64,000 nucleotides of DNA from a virus (lineage: Duplodnaviria > Caudoviricetes): IMG/VR virus record IMGVR_UViG_3300013121_000027, positions 167,460 to 231,459 of that record. The stretch is one strand, 5' to 3'. The translations under genes and the position numbers were made by a program. Each line of letters starts with the position of its first letter. Position 1 is the stretch's first letter. The notes under the pieces were generated by a model. It did not search any database. It was not told the origin of the DNA and was given only the letters and a program-made list of their open reading frames with translations. Of this stretch, positions 30,033 through 40,978 are shown piece by piece.

Positions 30033-30818
30033 CTATATAGATATCAGTCTTTTTCTTGGATCTATACCTGATTTTATATAGTCAGATAGCATCTGCCTAC
30101 TCATGATATGAGGGCAATAAATATCCCATGCTGCCCAACTCTCAAATCCCATTTCCGCTAAGGCAGTAGCAAACCCAAGGTCTTCACCTTGTCTATGCCA
30201 TTGATAGCGAACATTTTGAAAAACATACTTTTGCATAAAAACAGCAGCCATTACCACATCTGCTTTGAATAATTCTCCAACTCTATATTCATCTCTTTTT
30301 CTGGCAGCATTGCTGCCAGGTTTTTCGATCCAACTCATTGCACTCGGAAAATTAGTGTCAAATGGAGTCATATATGAAAGTGGGGAGACAACCGCTCTCG
30401 TAGAATCTTCTTGAGCATAAGAAACAAGCTTATTTAGGGTTTCTGGATCTTCCAGGAGAAGATCGCTATCAAGAGAGAAATAGAAGTCAAACTGGTCTGA
30501 TAGGGCGGCAGCTCTATCTAAAAGATTATTCCTCATATAAACCATGTTATAATACTGCATTTGCGACCAACTACGATGTCCTTCTTCGTGGGTGAAATGA
30601 TTTATGTCGAGTTGAATCTGCGCGTCGAAAACTCTAAATTCGGGATGAGACATATGCCATCCCCAAAGTAAATCATGGGTTGAATCGTCATCTGGTCCTA
30701 AATCAAAAACAAAACCTAAATTTTCTTTAGGGAAATTTTGATTTTCAATTGCCTTAAACCAATAAGGTAAAACCCATTCCCTTTTAAAGATTGGTGCACC
30801 AATTAAGATATTAACCAT
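30033..30818 (-). CDS. GT-A fold (family 2-like) glycosyltransferase
   Basis: ILIGAP, RNNLL, FSLDSD (DxD), GEDLGF and a C-terminal His. Confidence 0.8.
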   Translation of the reverse strand: MVNILIGAPIFKREWVLPYWFKAIENQNFPKENLGFVFDLGPDDDSTHDLLWGWHMSHPEFRVFDAQIQLDINHFTHEEGHRSWSQMQYYNMVYMRNNLLDRAAALSDQFDFYFSLDSDLLLEDPETLNKLVSYAQEDSTRAVVSPLSYMTPFDTNFPSAMSWIEKPGSNAARKRDEYRVGELFKADVVMAAVFMQKYVFQNVRYQWHRQGEDLGFATALAEMGFESWAAWDIYCPHIMSRQMLSDYIKSGIDPRKRLISI

Positions 30819-31051
30819 TATTTTAATCCATTAAAAGTATATTTGAATTTGCGTTTTGTTATTTTTTCTAAAGTGTATCGCGAGTACTGCATTGTCCCTA
30901 CTTGATTCTTTTCCCTATCTATTTCGACTTGATCTTCGTTTAGGAGTGGGGAAAAATGATTAAGACAATAGATGTTGTCAATGGGTGGTTCAATAGAACG
31001 TTCTATATATCCATCTTTTGGACCTCCCCAAAAAATGGCTTCATATATCAT
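30818..31051 (-). CDS. Hypothetical protein
   Basis: Translationally coupled small ORF with a GGPKDG motif. Confidence 0.55.
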   Translation of the reverse strand: MIYEAIFWGGPKDGYIERSIEPPIDNIYCLNHFSPLLNEDQVEIDREKNQVGTMQYSRYTLEKITKRKFKYTFNGLK

Positions 31052-31398
31052 TATTCAGCTTTTCCTTCTTTATTAGGCTCATCCTTTGGCTTAGGTGTTG
31101 GCTGATGTTGCTTCTGTATCTTTCTTGAAGGAGCTAACGAGTCATCGGCAGTAGCTTCAAAAGTTGCAGAGGCTTTAATAACAAATGCTTCTTCTGGATT
31201 TCTGTCTGGTTGTGTCTCTTGATCTGTAGACAGTCTTTCGTCCAGAATGTCAACTATATGAACCATATATTCAAGAGCTAAAAGAGCTTGATTATTTCTT
31301 ACTGCTCTTTTAAATCCAGTTAATAAATCAGTATCCAATTTATAAACTGTTCTGGTAGAATTGATTTTTGCATCATCTACAATAAAAAGATTACTCAT
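31051..31398 (-). CDS. Hypothetical protein
   Basis: Coupled ORF after the portal gene. Confidence 0.55.
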   Translation of the reverse strand: MSNLFIVDDAKINSTRTVYKLDTDLLTGFKRAVRNNQALLALEYMVHIVDILDERLSTDQETQPDRNPEEAFVIKASATFEATADDSLAPSRKIQKQHQPTPKPKDEPNKEGKAE

Positions 31399-33049
31399 TT
31401 ATATTATCCTCATTATCTATTAATTCAACTATCTTAGTTAAAACATCGTCATCGAAATGACGAATATTAGGACTCATTCTTCTACCGTGTTGATTAGCAG
31501 GTCTGTTTAAGTTTCCAATTCCTTTTTTCTTATTTGGAGTATTCGGCATGAGACCAGTTGAGGGAGCTTGTCCATCAGGCTTTTTCGCGGGGGGCGGTAA
31601 AGCTTTTGTCGCTCCGGTAGCGGTTTTGACTGTTGGCGGATTTAATTCTGCTTGCTGTCTCGCTACCGCCATCTGTTGCAGTGTTGCAACATGCGCATTG
31701 ATTGTCGCCTGCATCGCAGAGAGATCGAAATCAGGATCTAATCCAAGAGCTAATCTTAACTCATGTAGATCTGTTGCGCCGTTAGCATACTTCTGTATTT
31801 CGTGATTTTGTTTCTTAATTTGTGTGTCGATATCTATTTCCCGGAATCTCATAAAACATCTATTCGAATCCCCCTCTTCTCTTGGGTCTTCAGAAAGATC
31901 AAATCCACCTTCACGTAGAAGAGGGTTAAAAATATGAAGTCTTAGGGCATTTTCAACATAGTCTTGTAATACTTTTATTTTATCATATAAAGCTATATCA
32001 AGTCTATCGGTTATAGATCTATTACCGCCTTGGTTCATTATTCCAAGATGATGAGGGGCAAGACCTAATCCGGCTATAACCCTATCCCTCATAGTCGCAA
32101 GATATGGCGCAGCATCTAATGCTTTACCCTGTCCGCCAATAACTTCTACATCGTGAGTATTAGGAATAATCAATCCACCCTCTACCCTTAAATTAGCAAG
32201 TTGAGCTGCAGCAGCCTCTATATCCCCAGGTAGAGTTGGGCTTTCATCTGTTCCAACCTTATACTTGTATAGGGGGAATAACTCTCTGTGAATAAGATTT
32301 TGCACGTCTTCTTCGATTTGGCGCAAAGCAATAACATCATCAAGAACACTAACAATAAATGGCGTACCAAATGCACGTCCTGGCTTCTTATCTAAATAAA
32401 GATGTATTACTTCTTTCGCATCAAAAACTGGGTCTACTAGATTATCTGTGGTATATGGCAAATCGGAAAGGGTTTGCTTATATTTAAGAGGTTGATTATA
32501 TTTATTTCTTAGAATTCTAACCGTCTCCGTAGGGATAGTATAGAATCCAGATATAGGAAATTGCCCATCCTGAGTCTTTAATCTACCGGGGAAAGATGGT
32601 GCAATATTACCGCGTGCAACAACGATAAAAACATTACTGAATTTAATTAAACTATCTACAATCTCCGCAAGATAATCATTAAATGGTCTTCCCATTGTCT
32701 CTTCAAATAGATCTATTCTTTGATAGAGATAATTAACAGCATCTTGATTTTCACCTATTATCTCCCAACCTTCCTTAAAAAACAGCTCTTTATATTTTAA
32801 GAAACCCTGTTTTATATAGGAATCGGTGTCTACCGCTTCTATAATCCTATCAAAGTCATATGAAGCAGCTTCAAAATTAGCCCTCTTACCTGGAGAGGAA
32901 GACAGAGAAATAAGGCTATTATGAAAGTCAACACCCAGTGTTCTTATTTGAAGAACTTTTCCGGGCTTAATTGAGGTAATATCCTTTTCCTGTTTTATCT
33001 GTGTATCTACTACACTATTAAAAGGAAAAATTCTCTTTAAGAATGACAT
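31391..33049 (-). CDS. Portal protein
   Basis: EVIHL...AFGTP...VLDD...LRQIE and ELRLALGLDP; upstream of the protease. Confidence 0.82.
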   Translation of the reverse strand: MSFLKRIFPFNSVVDTQIKQEKDITSIKPGKVLQIRTLGVDFHNSLISLSSSPGKRANFEAASYDFDRIIEAVDTDSYIKQGFLKYKELFFKEGWEIIGENQDAVNYLYQRIDLFEETMGRPFNDYLAEIVDSLIKFSNVFIVVARGNIAPSFPGRLKTQDGQFPISGFYTIPTETVRILRNKYNQPLKYKQTLSDLPYTTDNLVDPVFDAKEVIHLYLDKKPGRAFGTPFIVSVLDDVIALRQIEEDVQNLIHRELFPLYKYKVGTDESPTLPGDIEAAAAQLANLRVEGGLIIPNTHDVEVIGGQGKALDAAPYLATMRDRVIAGLGLAPHHLGIMNQGGNRSITDRLDIALYDKIKVLQDYVENALRLHIFNPLLREGGFDLSEDPREEGDSNRCFMRFREIDIDTQIKKQNHEIQKYANGATDLHELRLALGLDPDFDLSAMQATINAHVATLQQMAVARQQAELNPPTVKTATGATKALPPPAKKPDGQAPSTGLMPNTPNKKKGIGNLNRPANQHGRRMSPNIRHFDDDVLTKIVELIDNEDNINE

Positions 33050-33110
33050 AATATATAAATCTCCTCTAAAAGACGACTACTTATGTAGTAACCACTTAAA
33101 GGAGAAAGAG

Positions 33111-33257
33111 TTATTCGTTAGTGATTTTAGCTTGACCAGATATAATTAAATATTTTATATGGTCTAACCAAAAATTCATTTCCGCAACCGAAAGATTTGT
33201 TGAAAACGTGACTGCATCATCTTCGATATTGATTTGGATATTGCCTTTTTCACTCAT
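33111..33257 (-). CDS. Small hypothetical protein (48 aa, MSEKGNIQ...)
   Basis: Hand-translated; fills the gap in the operon. Confidence 0.45.
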   Translation of the reverse strand: MSEKGNIQINIEDDAVTFSTNLSVAEMNFWLDHIKYLIISGQAKITNE

Positions 33258-33258
33258 T

Positions 33259-33498
33259 TTATACACTTTCTCTATTCAAAGGAATTTGCGTTTTCTGTTT
33301 TGTTGCATTCTCGACAATAATTCTCGATACTTCAATTTCATTTTCTAAATTTTTTATATACTGCTGTAACATAGAGTTAGCGCCCTGTAAGGTAGCAAGT
33401 TTTACAGTCAACTCTGATACTTGAAGAGTCAGCTTCTCTATAATCATCTGCTGAGGAACTTGTAGAGCTCCAGATTCATTAAATGGTTTTTCTATCAT
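33259..33498 (-). CDS. Small coiled-coil protein
   Basis: Heptad pattern; follows the fibre genes, so possibly a fibre chaperone. Confidence 0.45.
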   Translation of the reverse strand: MIEKPFNESGALQVPQQMIIEKLTLQVSELTVKLATLQGANSMLQQYIKNLENEIEVSRIIVENATKQKTQIPLNRESV

Positions 33499-33528
33499 AA
33501 TTAATATTATATCATAGAAAAATGTTTT

Positions 33529-35301
33529 TTACCAACCAGGAATATGTGTTACAAGTCTTCCACGAAATGCGTTTAAATCTCTGCGAGAAGTAAAGCCTAA
33601 AGTTTGGTTTCCTGCACCTGCCGCCTGCCATAATTTAAATCGTAAAACATCTCCAGACTTTAACGGGACTAATCCACTTCCTCCAGCTGGACCTGAAGTT
33701 GTTCCACCGCCAAATTCATTAGCGTATCTTCTTCCAGTGTCTGATGTTGGTATACTTGCATCTACAGTATTAACATCGCACCACGTCTGAAACGTGGGCA
33801 TAACAGTCGCATTGTTTGGGTCCCAAAGCGTTTCGACAACATACCATCCGCCAATACCATTGCCATTTCCATCTTTAGCTGGTAACGTAATTCCATCAGC
33901 GTTAGCGGCGTGAAGTCCATCAGTATCATAATCTTCAGTATCCCACACTACTACTTTTGCTGAAGCATTTCCAACGGTAACTTGCGCGCTATGATGTAAA
34001 TCCCAAGATGGCATGTTTCCTCCTATAATCCTCCATAATGAATGTCTTGTTAGCGTCGGAGAAGCTACTGCGGTCCATGTTTCGCCAGTAGTATTTATAG
34101 AAGTCCATGTTGTTGTAAAGCTCTGTGGAATATCTCCTGCTGTAAAATAAGCTGCTAATGTATTATCTGGTGGTACAGTTCCAGATGTTTGTAATCCCGA
34201 CCGCACAATAGCCTGATATATTCTTCCTCCAGCAATTTTGTTGCCACCAGTACCGTCTGCCCCAACTCCAAGAGGGGATATACCACTATAAATAGATGTT
34301 GTACCAGCTGTTGTCACCGTCTCTATCAAAGTCCATTCGTTTGCAGTTGGTTCCAACTCTTGATCCGCACAGTAATAGAAATTAGCCACTCTATTTGAGC
34401 TATTCACTACATCAAGAGATACTCTAATCCAATAAGTTGTATTATCTGAGAATGGAGACGCTGCCGTTTGAGATGTATTTACGGTATCAGATCCAGTTGT
34501 ACTGTTTACTATTCTTAATTTACCAGTAGTTAAAAGAACTAATCTGTATGAGTCATTATTTGAAGTCCCCCATTTACCCATAAGCGTAGTGGTGGATGAA
34601 GGTGACCAGTCGGTCATTCTTATTCTCATAATGAGTTCTATGTCGCCAGTTACATCTAAGGTTGTGCTATCTGGTGTAGTAAAATATTCGCTACCTGTTA
34701 AAGTAAAATAAGCTGGACCATAATTATTATACGTTTTCAACCTGGCTTTACCACCAGATATATCAAGCCAAGTCCATCCGATATCTGGATTAGCTGGGGC
34801 TGTTGTCCCAACATGATGAGGAACATGTGTCGCTCCGCCGTGTGTAAACGTACCAGGTATAGTTAAGTTTGAAGTCAAAGCTGAAGAGGAAAATGTGCCT
34901 GATGGTGTTGCTCCAGTAATGATTTGTACGGTGTCAGCAGCGCTTCTTATAATTCCAGTATCTGAATCCGAGGTAAAAGCAAGGCTGGGAGTTGCTGCGG
35001 TTCCGTCAGCTATTCTCAAATAATCATTAACAGTAGCTATACCAGATGTATCAAGCGAAAATCTTGGTGTAGCGCCCGTCACTAAAACCATATTATTTGT
35101 ACCGGCTCTATATATACCAGTATCTGTATCTGCCGAGAACGCAGCTGCGGGAGCGCTTGACGATCCATCAGGAAGAAGAACTGAACCCGTTAGTGTTCCA
35201 CCGGTGGTGGGCAAAGATCCATCTAATACTATTTCTCTCCAACCAGGACGGGTAGGGTCCGTCATTGTTGTTCCGTCATATCTCCATATTTTAGAAGCCA
35301 T
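33529..35301 (-). CDS. Tail fibre/receptor-binding protein with LamG-like domain
   Basis: GGTLTG, repeated DG..P..AF..D.DTG shaft motifs, and a beta-sandwich domain. Confidence 0.7.
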   Translation of the reverse strand: MASKIWRYDGTTMTDPTRPGWREIVLDGSLPTTGGTLTGSVLLPDGSSSAPAAAFSADTDTGIYRAGTNNMVLVTGATPRFSLDTSGIATVNDYLRIADGTAATPSLAFTSDSDTGIIRSAADTVQIITGATPSGTFSSSALTSNLTIPGTFTHGGATHVPHHVGTTAPANPDIGWTWLDISGGKARLKTYNNYGPAYFTLTGSEYFTTPDSTTLDVTGDIELIMRIRMTDWSPSSTTTLMGKWGTSNNDSYRLVLLTTGKLRIVNSTTGSDTVNTSQTAASPFSDNTTYWIRVSLDVVNSSNRVANFYYCADQELEPTANEWTLIETVTTAGTTSIYSGISPLGVGADGTGGNKIAGGRIYQAIVRSGLQTSGTVPPDNTLAAYFTAGDIPQSFTTTWTSINTTGETWTAVASPTLTRHSLWRIIGGNMPSWDLHHSAQVTVGNASAKVVVWDTEDYDTDGLHAANADGITLPAKDGNGNGIGGWYVVETLWDPNNATVMPTFQTWCDVNTVDASIPTSDTGRRYANEFGGGTTSGPAGGSGLVPLKSGDVLRFKLWQAAGAGNQTLGFTSRRDLNAFRGRLVTHIPGW

Positions 35302-35312
35302 TTAAATCACCA

Positions 35313-38300
35313 TTATCCCCAGTGTGTAAATTCAAGATATCCGGAGAAACCATTCTCTCCAACGGAATCAAAGTTCATAAATGTAGCTCCAGTTGATGTA
35401 TAACAAGCAATACCTCTATATGTTCCGGCGACTATACCTTCTGCCCATCCGGCTGGAAGATCATTCCACGCATAGTAAGTTCCAGAGCCCGGCTTCGACA
35501 TCGTATTCGAAAGAGTTGTTTGAGTGCCATAGAGTGTTGGCGCTCCAGCGGGCTTGCTGGTATCTGCATGAAGCTTGATTTTAGCATTTGCGTAGGAGGC
35601 GGTGCCCCAATCGTTACGAGATAAATAAATCCTTCCACCCAATATAATACGACGTCCCGAATTCTTAAGCGTAGTTTCTGGAGTAGTTCCGTAATACCAA
35701 GTGCCTATTGCGTTAAGTGCTGGATCGGTATAGTATCCTTGTACTGGTCTATAAGTTCCATTGCCATTCCAAGAGCCATTCCAATAGTTAGTAGCTGTAG
35801 CTGCTATATATGTTGGGCTCGCAATTAGGGTATAACTTGACGTAACTGGTGATCCAGAGTTTGTATTACCAAGAGAGTCAGTTGTCCAAACTTTAAGATC
35901 TATCACATCTCCAGCTACTCCAGTGACCACATTGAAATAATCTTCATGTCCAAGTCCCGTAACATTTGCGGCATTCATGTAATAAGTCCAAGCCCCACCA
36001 TTCTTACGGTATTGTACTGTTCCGTATGTAGGATTACTTGTTGCGTCATCATTCCACGTAATAGCGAGTAACATCTCTCCATAATTACCAAACGGTAACC
36101 AGTTTTCAAGAGTTGGTGCTGGGGGCGCTGTGCTATCTGGGCTTGCTTGAGTAGTATCCGCTCCAGAAGCTACAGTATTAGAATACAGTCCACCAGTGTC
36201 ATATGCGTCCACATATACCGTATACCCAGTAGAGTATGAAAGTCCAGTAAATGTATATGTGAGATTAGATGTTGTTACAGTTTGTTGTAGAGACATATCA
36301 CTTGTCTTATACAATCTAATTCTATACCCAGCAAGATCAGTTATACCACCCACTGCAGACCAATCTGCTTTAATTTGATTATAGTTCTGGTCCGTAACGG
36401 TAAGTCCGGTTACGTCCGGTGGTTTAGCGTTGGTACATGTAGAAACTATAGTCGTAGTAGTTGAGCCCAACGAATTAACGGTGCCATTATTGCTTGGTAA
36501 ATCACCCTTGTCCCAAACCTTGACTCCTAATGTGTGAGATGTATTTTCTGTTAACCCAGTAAAAGTATAAGTAGTTGAAGTCGTATACGCAATTGAGGTA
36601 TTTCCATCAAAAACTTCATAAGTATTAGAGGATCTTTGATCTGTTGTATTATTTGTCCAGTTAAGAATAATTGAAGTTGTTGATGGTGTAGCACCGGTAA
36701 TTGTTGGAGCGGCTGGCGCCGCGTTTATGGTTGTCATGCTTGTTATATATGCGTAGGACCCTGCGCCTTGACTGTTAAGGGCTCTTATTCTGTATTTATA
36801 CTCGGTTTTTTCACTCAATCCAGTATCTGTCTTCGTACTGTCTGAAACCGAAACGGTAAGCGTTACTGGGGCTGGAGTGGACCAGTTACCAGCTATAGTA
36901 GTTCTTTGCAATTCTATACTACTTACTTCCGCAGATGTAGCCCACGGATCCCACGCTACAACTGCCGTAGTGCTTCCGATTGTTGTAACTCTAAAGTTCA
37001 ACGCGGCAGGTGGTGGGGTAAGAGAAAGGTTAAATGTCTCAAACCAAAAATCGCCAACAGATGGATTATTTGGTGTGGCGCTACCAATATAAATGACCGA
37101 TGAGACTGCATTATCAGTAGCTTGAACTTCGTCAATATTTATATGAGTATGATCTATAGCCGCATAATCTTCATCATGATTATGAACTATTGCAGCAAAA
37201 TCTTCTAAAGCATCTGATACTTTAAGATACTGAGGATGGGCATCGGGATTAATTTCAATTGAGGCATGGTTTGCTACTGCATTGATTACTTCATAGTCGT
37301 TATCATGATTATGATCGATATCAGAATATAGTAATTCTGCTTCTGCCTCTCTCAAATATATAATATGTGGGTCATAAGAAATGAGACCAGAAGAGACTGG
37401 GGTAGCTGGAGTATATATAGCTGGGGTAGCTAATGTATAAGTGATTTTATTAGTTGCGGGAATTGCACTTATATTCCATGATCCATCTAATGGACTACCC
37501 AATCCAGTGACGTTAATACCTTCCAGTATAGAAAAGCCATGATTAGAAACTGTAGTTAATGTTACTAAACCAATATCGTTTGGTGTAGCAATTTCTATAT
37601 TATTAACCGAAATTGCATATTCACGCGTATGTGCACTAATTAATTCGAAAAGATCATCATCGTGATCGTGATTAATTAGAGAATAGAGGGCGTCGGTTTC
37701 AGTTTGTCGTAGATATTGAGGGTGAGGGTGTGTATAAGTTGTTGGCGTTGCTGGATCCGTGTACAGCTCGGTGTGTCTATCTATAGCAGCCTGAATAAAT
37801 GTTTCTGTAGAATATGGAATATACTGGAAAATAATATCATTTACGCCAAGAGCTATATCTGATGGGGTTGCTCCTGTATTAGGATCTAAACTTATAATCC
37901 AGTCACCGTTTAAAAGAACTACTGGAGCGTCAAGCACGACATCTTTTCTGCCTGAATAGTCAGTATCAAGAAAGTCTACCTGTCCAGTACCGGCTACAAT
38001 CCAATACATTCCATGACGATATTGTTCTGATGCTTTTAGATAAAAATCACTGACTGTAGAAGATTCTTCGAGCTGAACCGCATCTACTTGTATCCAGTCG
38101 CCAACTGTTGGAGTAGCACCGCCTATCTCAAATTCGATAGTGCAAAATGCCGCATTTGATGGAGAAGTAACTGATGTACTTACTCTGTCGAATGAAGAAT
38201 CAGAGAAGTAAGAGGTATACGAATCAGAGATTTCTACTAAACCAGAAGTTAACCATCTTATTGATAATCTACCCTTGCTGGCTGCGCTTCCTTTACCATA

Positions 38301-40169
38301 AGCTGAAACTGTATAAGAAGTAGAAGGTAAAATAGCTATTGGATCAATAGTTCCAAAAGACGTTTTGTTTGTATTTCCAACAGTTCCAGATATCTGTATT
38401 TTTTGCGATTTCGTACCATTTTGAGCCCAATCCGTTTCAGCTGTTGCGGTATACGTCCTGGACGAATCAGTACCGCGAATCCAGACTTTCCATTGGTCTG
38501 CTAACTGATCAGCTGGGCTATGTGGCGTTGAATTTTCGTAATATGGAGTAGCAGAGCCAAATCCTGGACTCACCGCCTGATAGGCGTCTATTTCAAAAGA
38601 AGAGTTTGGTATTAAATTATATGATCCAGATGGTGCCCAAACAGGTTTTGGATAAGTATTAATAGTAAAATCATAAGTAGATGCATCATAGGAGCCGACA
38701 AAAAGAAGATCTCCAAGAAGAGCTTCTAACTGATCCTTAGATGGGTATCTTATATCGCCACGATAATCATTATGATATTGTGGAAGTGGGTCTTCAGCTC
38801 CTAAAATACTATCTGAAATCGTATCAGAGACCGTATCCACATAAAGCTTATTCGCTACCTGAGAATCGCTCGTGGGTGTGGCGGCGATCATCAATGGACC
38901 AGACATGGTATCGCCACTGACATTAACAAAAAGGCTGTCAGTCTCAGCCTCTGTATAATATCTTCCGTCATGATGATGTGAATCGTAATCTGTATCGTCA
39001 GCAATCGTGACCGCAAGAGTCACATTTGCGGATCCATCAAAATTGGTAGAACCGGTGGCGTCACCATTTAATGTTATGCTACGTGGGGTAGCAAGTTGTC
39101 CAGCAACTGCAACTGAACCAGTAATATCAATGTTGTAGGTTCCACTTAGTCTTCCAGTTGGAACTGTTCCAGTAGAAAGTTTATCCGCATCAAGTAAAGT
39201 TAATCCAGTTCCTGGACCAGTAAAAACGCCAGTCGATGAAACATAAGATAAAACGCTTCCATTATGATCAGCCCATTGCTGTAAGGCTACGGATTGTCCG
39301 GTAAAACCTTGAACAACAACACCTACCCTATTTGCCTGAATTGGCTGAACTGAAAGTGCAGCAACACCAAACGGCATGCCATTGACTACTAAGTCGCCTT
39401 GAACCTCTACGTCATCACTAAAAGTAACTCTGCTTGCTGTTACTACAAGTCCATTACTTAAAACCGAATATTGTATCCTGGAATCATAATCATCTCCAAG
39501 ATAATTTTTGAAATCAATATATGGACCTGAGGCGTTTGTTAATTCTATTTGTCCAGACGGCTTCAATCTAACTTCGTTAGTACCATCTGTAGTATAAATA
39601 TCATAGCCCGATCCAAGGGTACCAGTTAATGTTCCACCGCCAGCAGATAAGTATTCTCTATCGAGTTTGATTGGCGTAATCGCACTATCTTGTATATCAC
39701 TTGTTTTTACATAACCAGCGGTTGTAGAAACGTATGAACTATAGGCTGAAGCATTTCCCGCAGCATCTATAGCTCTTATTTTTACAGAATAAAGATTTCC
39801 AGGTACTAAATCTACAAATGCAGCGCCATTCCAATACTTTGTTATAATAAATGTATTGCTTTGGGCGCAAACACCAACCAACGTATTTACATTTGGGGTA
39901 AATTCTCCCGATCCTGTCGTGACATTGATCTCATATTCCGAAAGATCATTATCATCAACCGGAGTCCATCTTGCAACTATACCTCTTGGATATGATGAAA
40001 CCGATACATTAGATGGCGCACCGGGTGCATCCGCATCATCTGTAGTAGTTATAACAAGTCCCTCTGACCAGTCTGAAGAAACACCAAAACTATTAATACT
40101 CCTTACGCGTACAACGTAGCGAGTATTAGCGTCTAATTCTATAGGGACTGTTTTTATAACTCCTGTCAT
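35313..40169 (-). CDS. Large FN3-repeat tail/fibre protein (1618 aa)
   Basis: Several FN3 repeats (Y.VRVRS, YKYRIRA, YTFTGL), a CBM-like NLIPNSSFE domain, and His-rich HPQY/HDHD repeats. Confidence 0.75.
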   Translation of the reverse strand: MTGVIKTVPIELDANTRYVVRVRSINSFGVSSDWSEGLVITTTDDADAPGAPSNVSVSSYPRGIVARWTPVDDNDLSEYEINVTTGSGEFTPNVNTLVGVCAQSNTFIITKYWNGAAFVDLVPGNLYSVKIRAIDAAGNASAYSSYVSTTAGYVKTSDIQDSAITPIKLDREYLSAGGGTLTGTLGSGYDIYTTDGTNEVRLKPSGQIELTNASGPYIDFKNYLGDDYDSRIQYSVLSNGLVVTASRVTFSDDVEVQGDLVVNGMPFGVAALSVQPIQANRVGVVVQGFTGQSVALQQWADHNGSVLSYVSSTGVFTGPGTGLTLLDADKLSTGTVPTGRLSGTYNIDITGSVAVAGQLATPRSITLNGDATGSTNFDGSANVTLAVTIADDTDYDSHHHDGRYYTEAETDSLFVNVSGDTMSGPLMIAATPTSDSQVANKLYVDTVSDTISDSILGAEDPLPQYHNDYRGDIRYPSKDQLEALLGDLLFVGSYDASTYDFTINTYPKPVWAPSGSYNLIPNSSFEIDAYQAVSPGFGSATPYYENSTPHSPADQLADQWKVWIRGTDSSRTYTATAETDWAQNGTKSQKIQISGTVGNTNKTSFGTIDPIAILPSTSYTVSAYGKGSAASKGRLSIRWLTSGLVEISDSYTSYFSDSSFDRVSTSVTSPSNAAFCTIEFEIGGATPTVGDWIQVDAVQLEESSTVSDFYLKASEQYRHGMYWIVAGTGQVDFLDTDYSGRKDVVLDAPVVLLNGDWIISLDPNTGATPSDIALGVNDIIFQYIPYSTETFIQAAIDRHTELYTDPATPTTYTHPHPQYLRQTETDALYSLINHDHDDDLFELISAHTREYAISVNNIEIATPNDIGLVTLTTVSNHGFSILEGINVTGLGSPLDGSWNISAIPATNKITYTLATPAIYTPATPVSSGLISYDPHIIYLREAEAELLYSDIDHNHDNDYEVINAVANHASIEINPDAHPQYLKVSDALEDFAAIVHNHDEDYAAIDHTHINIDEVQATDNAVSSVIYIGSATPNNPSVGDFWFETFNLSLTPPPAALNFRVTTIGSTTAVVAWDPWATSAEVSSIELQRTTIAGNWSTPAPVTLTVSVSDSTKTDTGLSEKTEYKYRIRALNSQGAGSYAYITSMTTINAAPAAPTITGATPSTTSIILNWTNNTTDQRSSNTYEVFDGNTSIAYTTSTTYTFTGLTENTSHTLGVKVWDKGDLPSNNGTVNSLGSTTTTIVSTCTNAKPPDVTGLTVTDQNYNQIKADWSAVGGITDLAGYRIRLYKTSDMSLQQTVTTSNLTYTFTGLSYSTGYTVYVDAYDTGGLYSNTVASGADTTQASPDSTAPPAPTLENWLPFGNYGEMLLAITWNDDATSNPTYGTVQYRKNGGAWTYYMNAANVTGLGHEDYFNVVTGVAGDVIDLKVWTTDSLGNTNSGSPVTSSYTLIASPTYIAATATNYWNGSWNGNGTYRPVQGYYTDPALNAIGTWYYGTTPETTLKNSGRRIILGGRIYLSRNDWGTASYANAKIKLHADTSKPAGAPTLYGTQTTLSNTMSKPGSGTYYAWNDLPAGWAEGIVAGTYRGIACYTSTGATFMNFDSVGENGFSGYLEFTHWG

Positions 40170-40170
40170 A

Positions 40171-40965
40171 TCATGGTCCTACTATTGACGTTATTGGTCC
40201 GGTTAATGAGTAAAACTCTTCGCCCTGATCTACGCAGGGGACATATCTCGAATATTGCATTGAGACTATTTTAATTGATGATCCAGTAGAGCTTGGTGCC
40301 TTATCTCCAGTTACCCTCATACGAACATAATGTCTTTGTGGGTCCAGATCTGATAATTCGTACACAGAAACCTGTTCAACTTGAGTAGAATAACAATCTA
40401 TAAAGGTTGGGGTCGAATTATCCAATTTCACTTCTAAAATACCTCTATCTGGACCTTTTTCTACAATAAGGCGCATTGTTATACCAATAAAGCTTAAGGT
40501 TGCTCTTGCATTGGTATTTAATGATTCTCCACCGTTCCAATCTTCAGTCGGACGAGAGAACATCAAACCCAAGCCATTTAATGGAGTTGCAGTTATGACA
40601 TAGAGAGCGGATTCATATTCTGGACGAGGTTCAACACCAGTAAGTGTTGGGTTTCCCATATGTATATAGTAATCGTAATTTGTCGTAGTAATTTCATTTA
40701 AAACATTAAATGTTGCAACTAAATAATTATCAGTATTTAAATAAACATTTCTTGCGACTAAAGTCCACTCTTCTTCTGCTTGGTTATAATATAAGATCTC
40801 TAAATCCTCATATGACTCTAACATTTTTTCTAATCCAATTAGATTATCTGGATCGTAAATAGCATAAACGGGATGCCCAGGATCTAAAGATAATCCTGTT
40901 AAAGGTGTAATTTTAAGATTACGCCTTATCGGATAATTTATATTCCACCAAGAAGCAGCTGTCAT
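40171..40965 (-). CDS. Virion structural protein
   Basis: WWN..Y..RR N-terminus; GPDRGILEV beta domain. Confidence 0.5.
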   Translation of the reverse strand: MTAASWWNINYPIRRNLKITPLTGLSLDPGHPVYAIYDPDNLIGLEKMLESYEDLEILYYNQAEEEWTLVARNVYLNTDNYLVATFNVLNEITTTNYDYYIHMGNPTLTGVEPRPEYESALYVITATPLNGLGLMFSRPTEDWNGGESLNTNARATLSFIGITMRLIVEKGPDRGILEVKLDNSTPTFIDCYSTQVEQVSVYELSDLDPQRHYVRMRVTGDKAPSSTGSSIKIVSMQYSRYVPCVDQGEEFYSLTGPITSIVGP

Positions 40966-40978
40966 AGTTTAAATCTCT

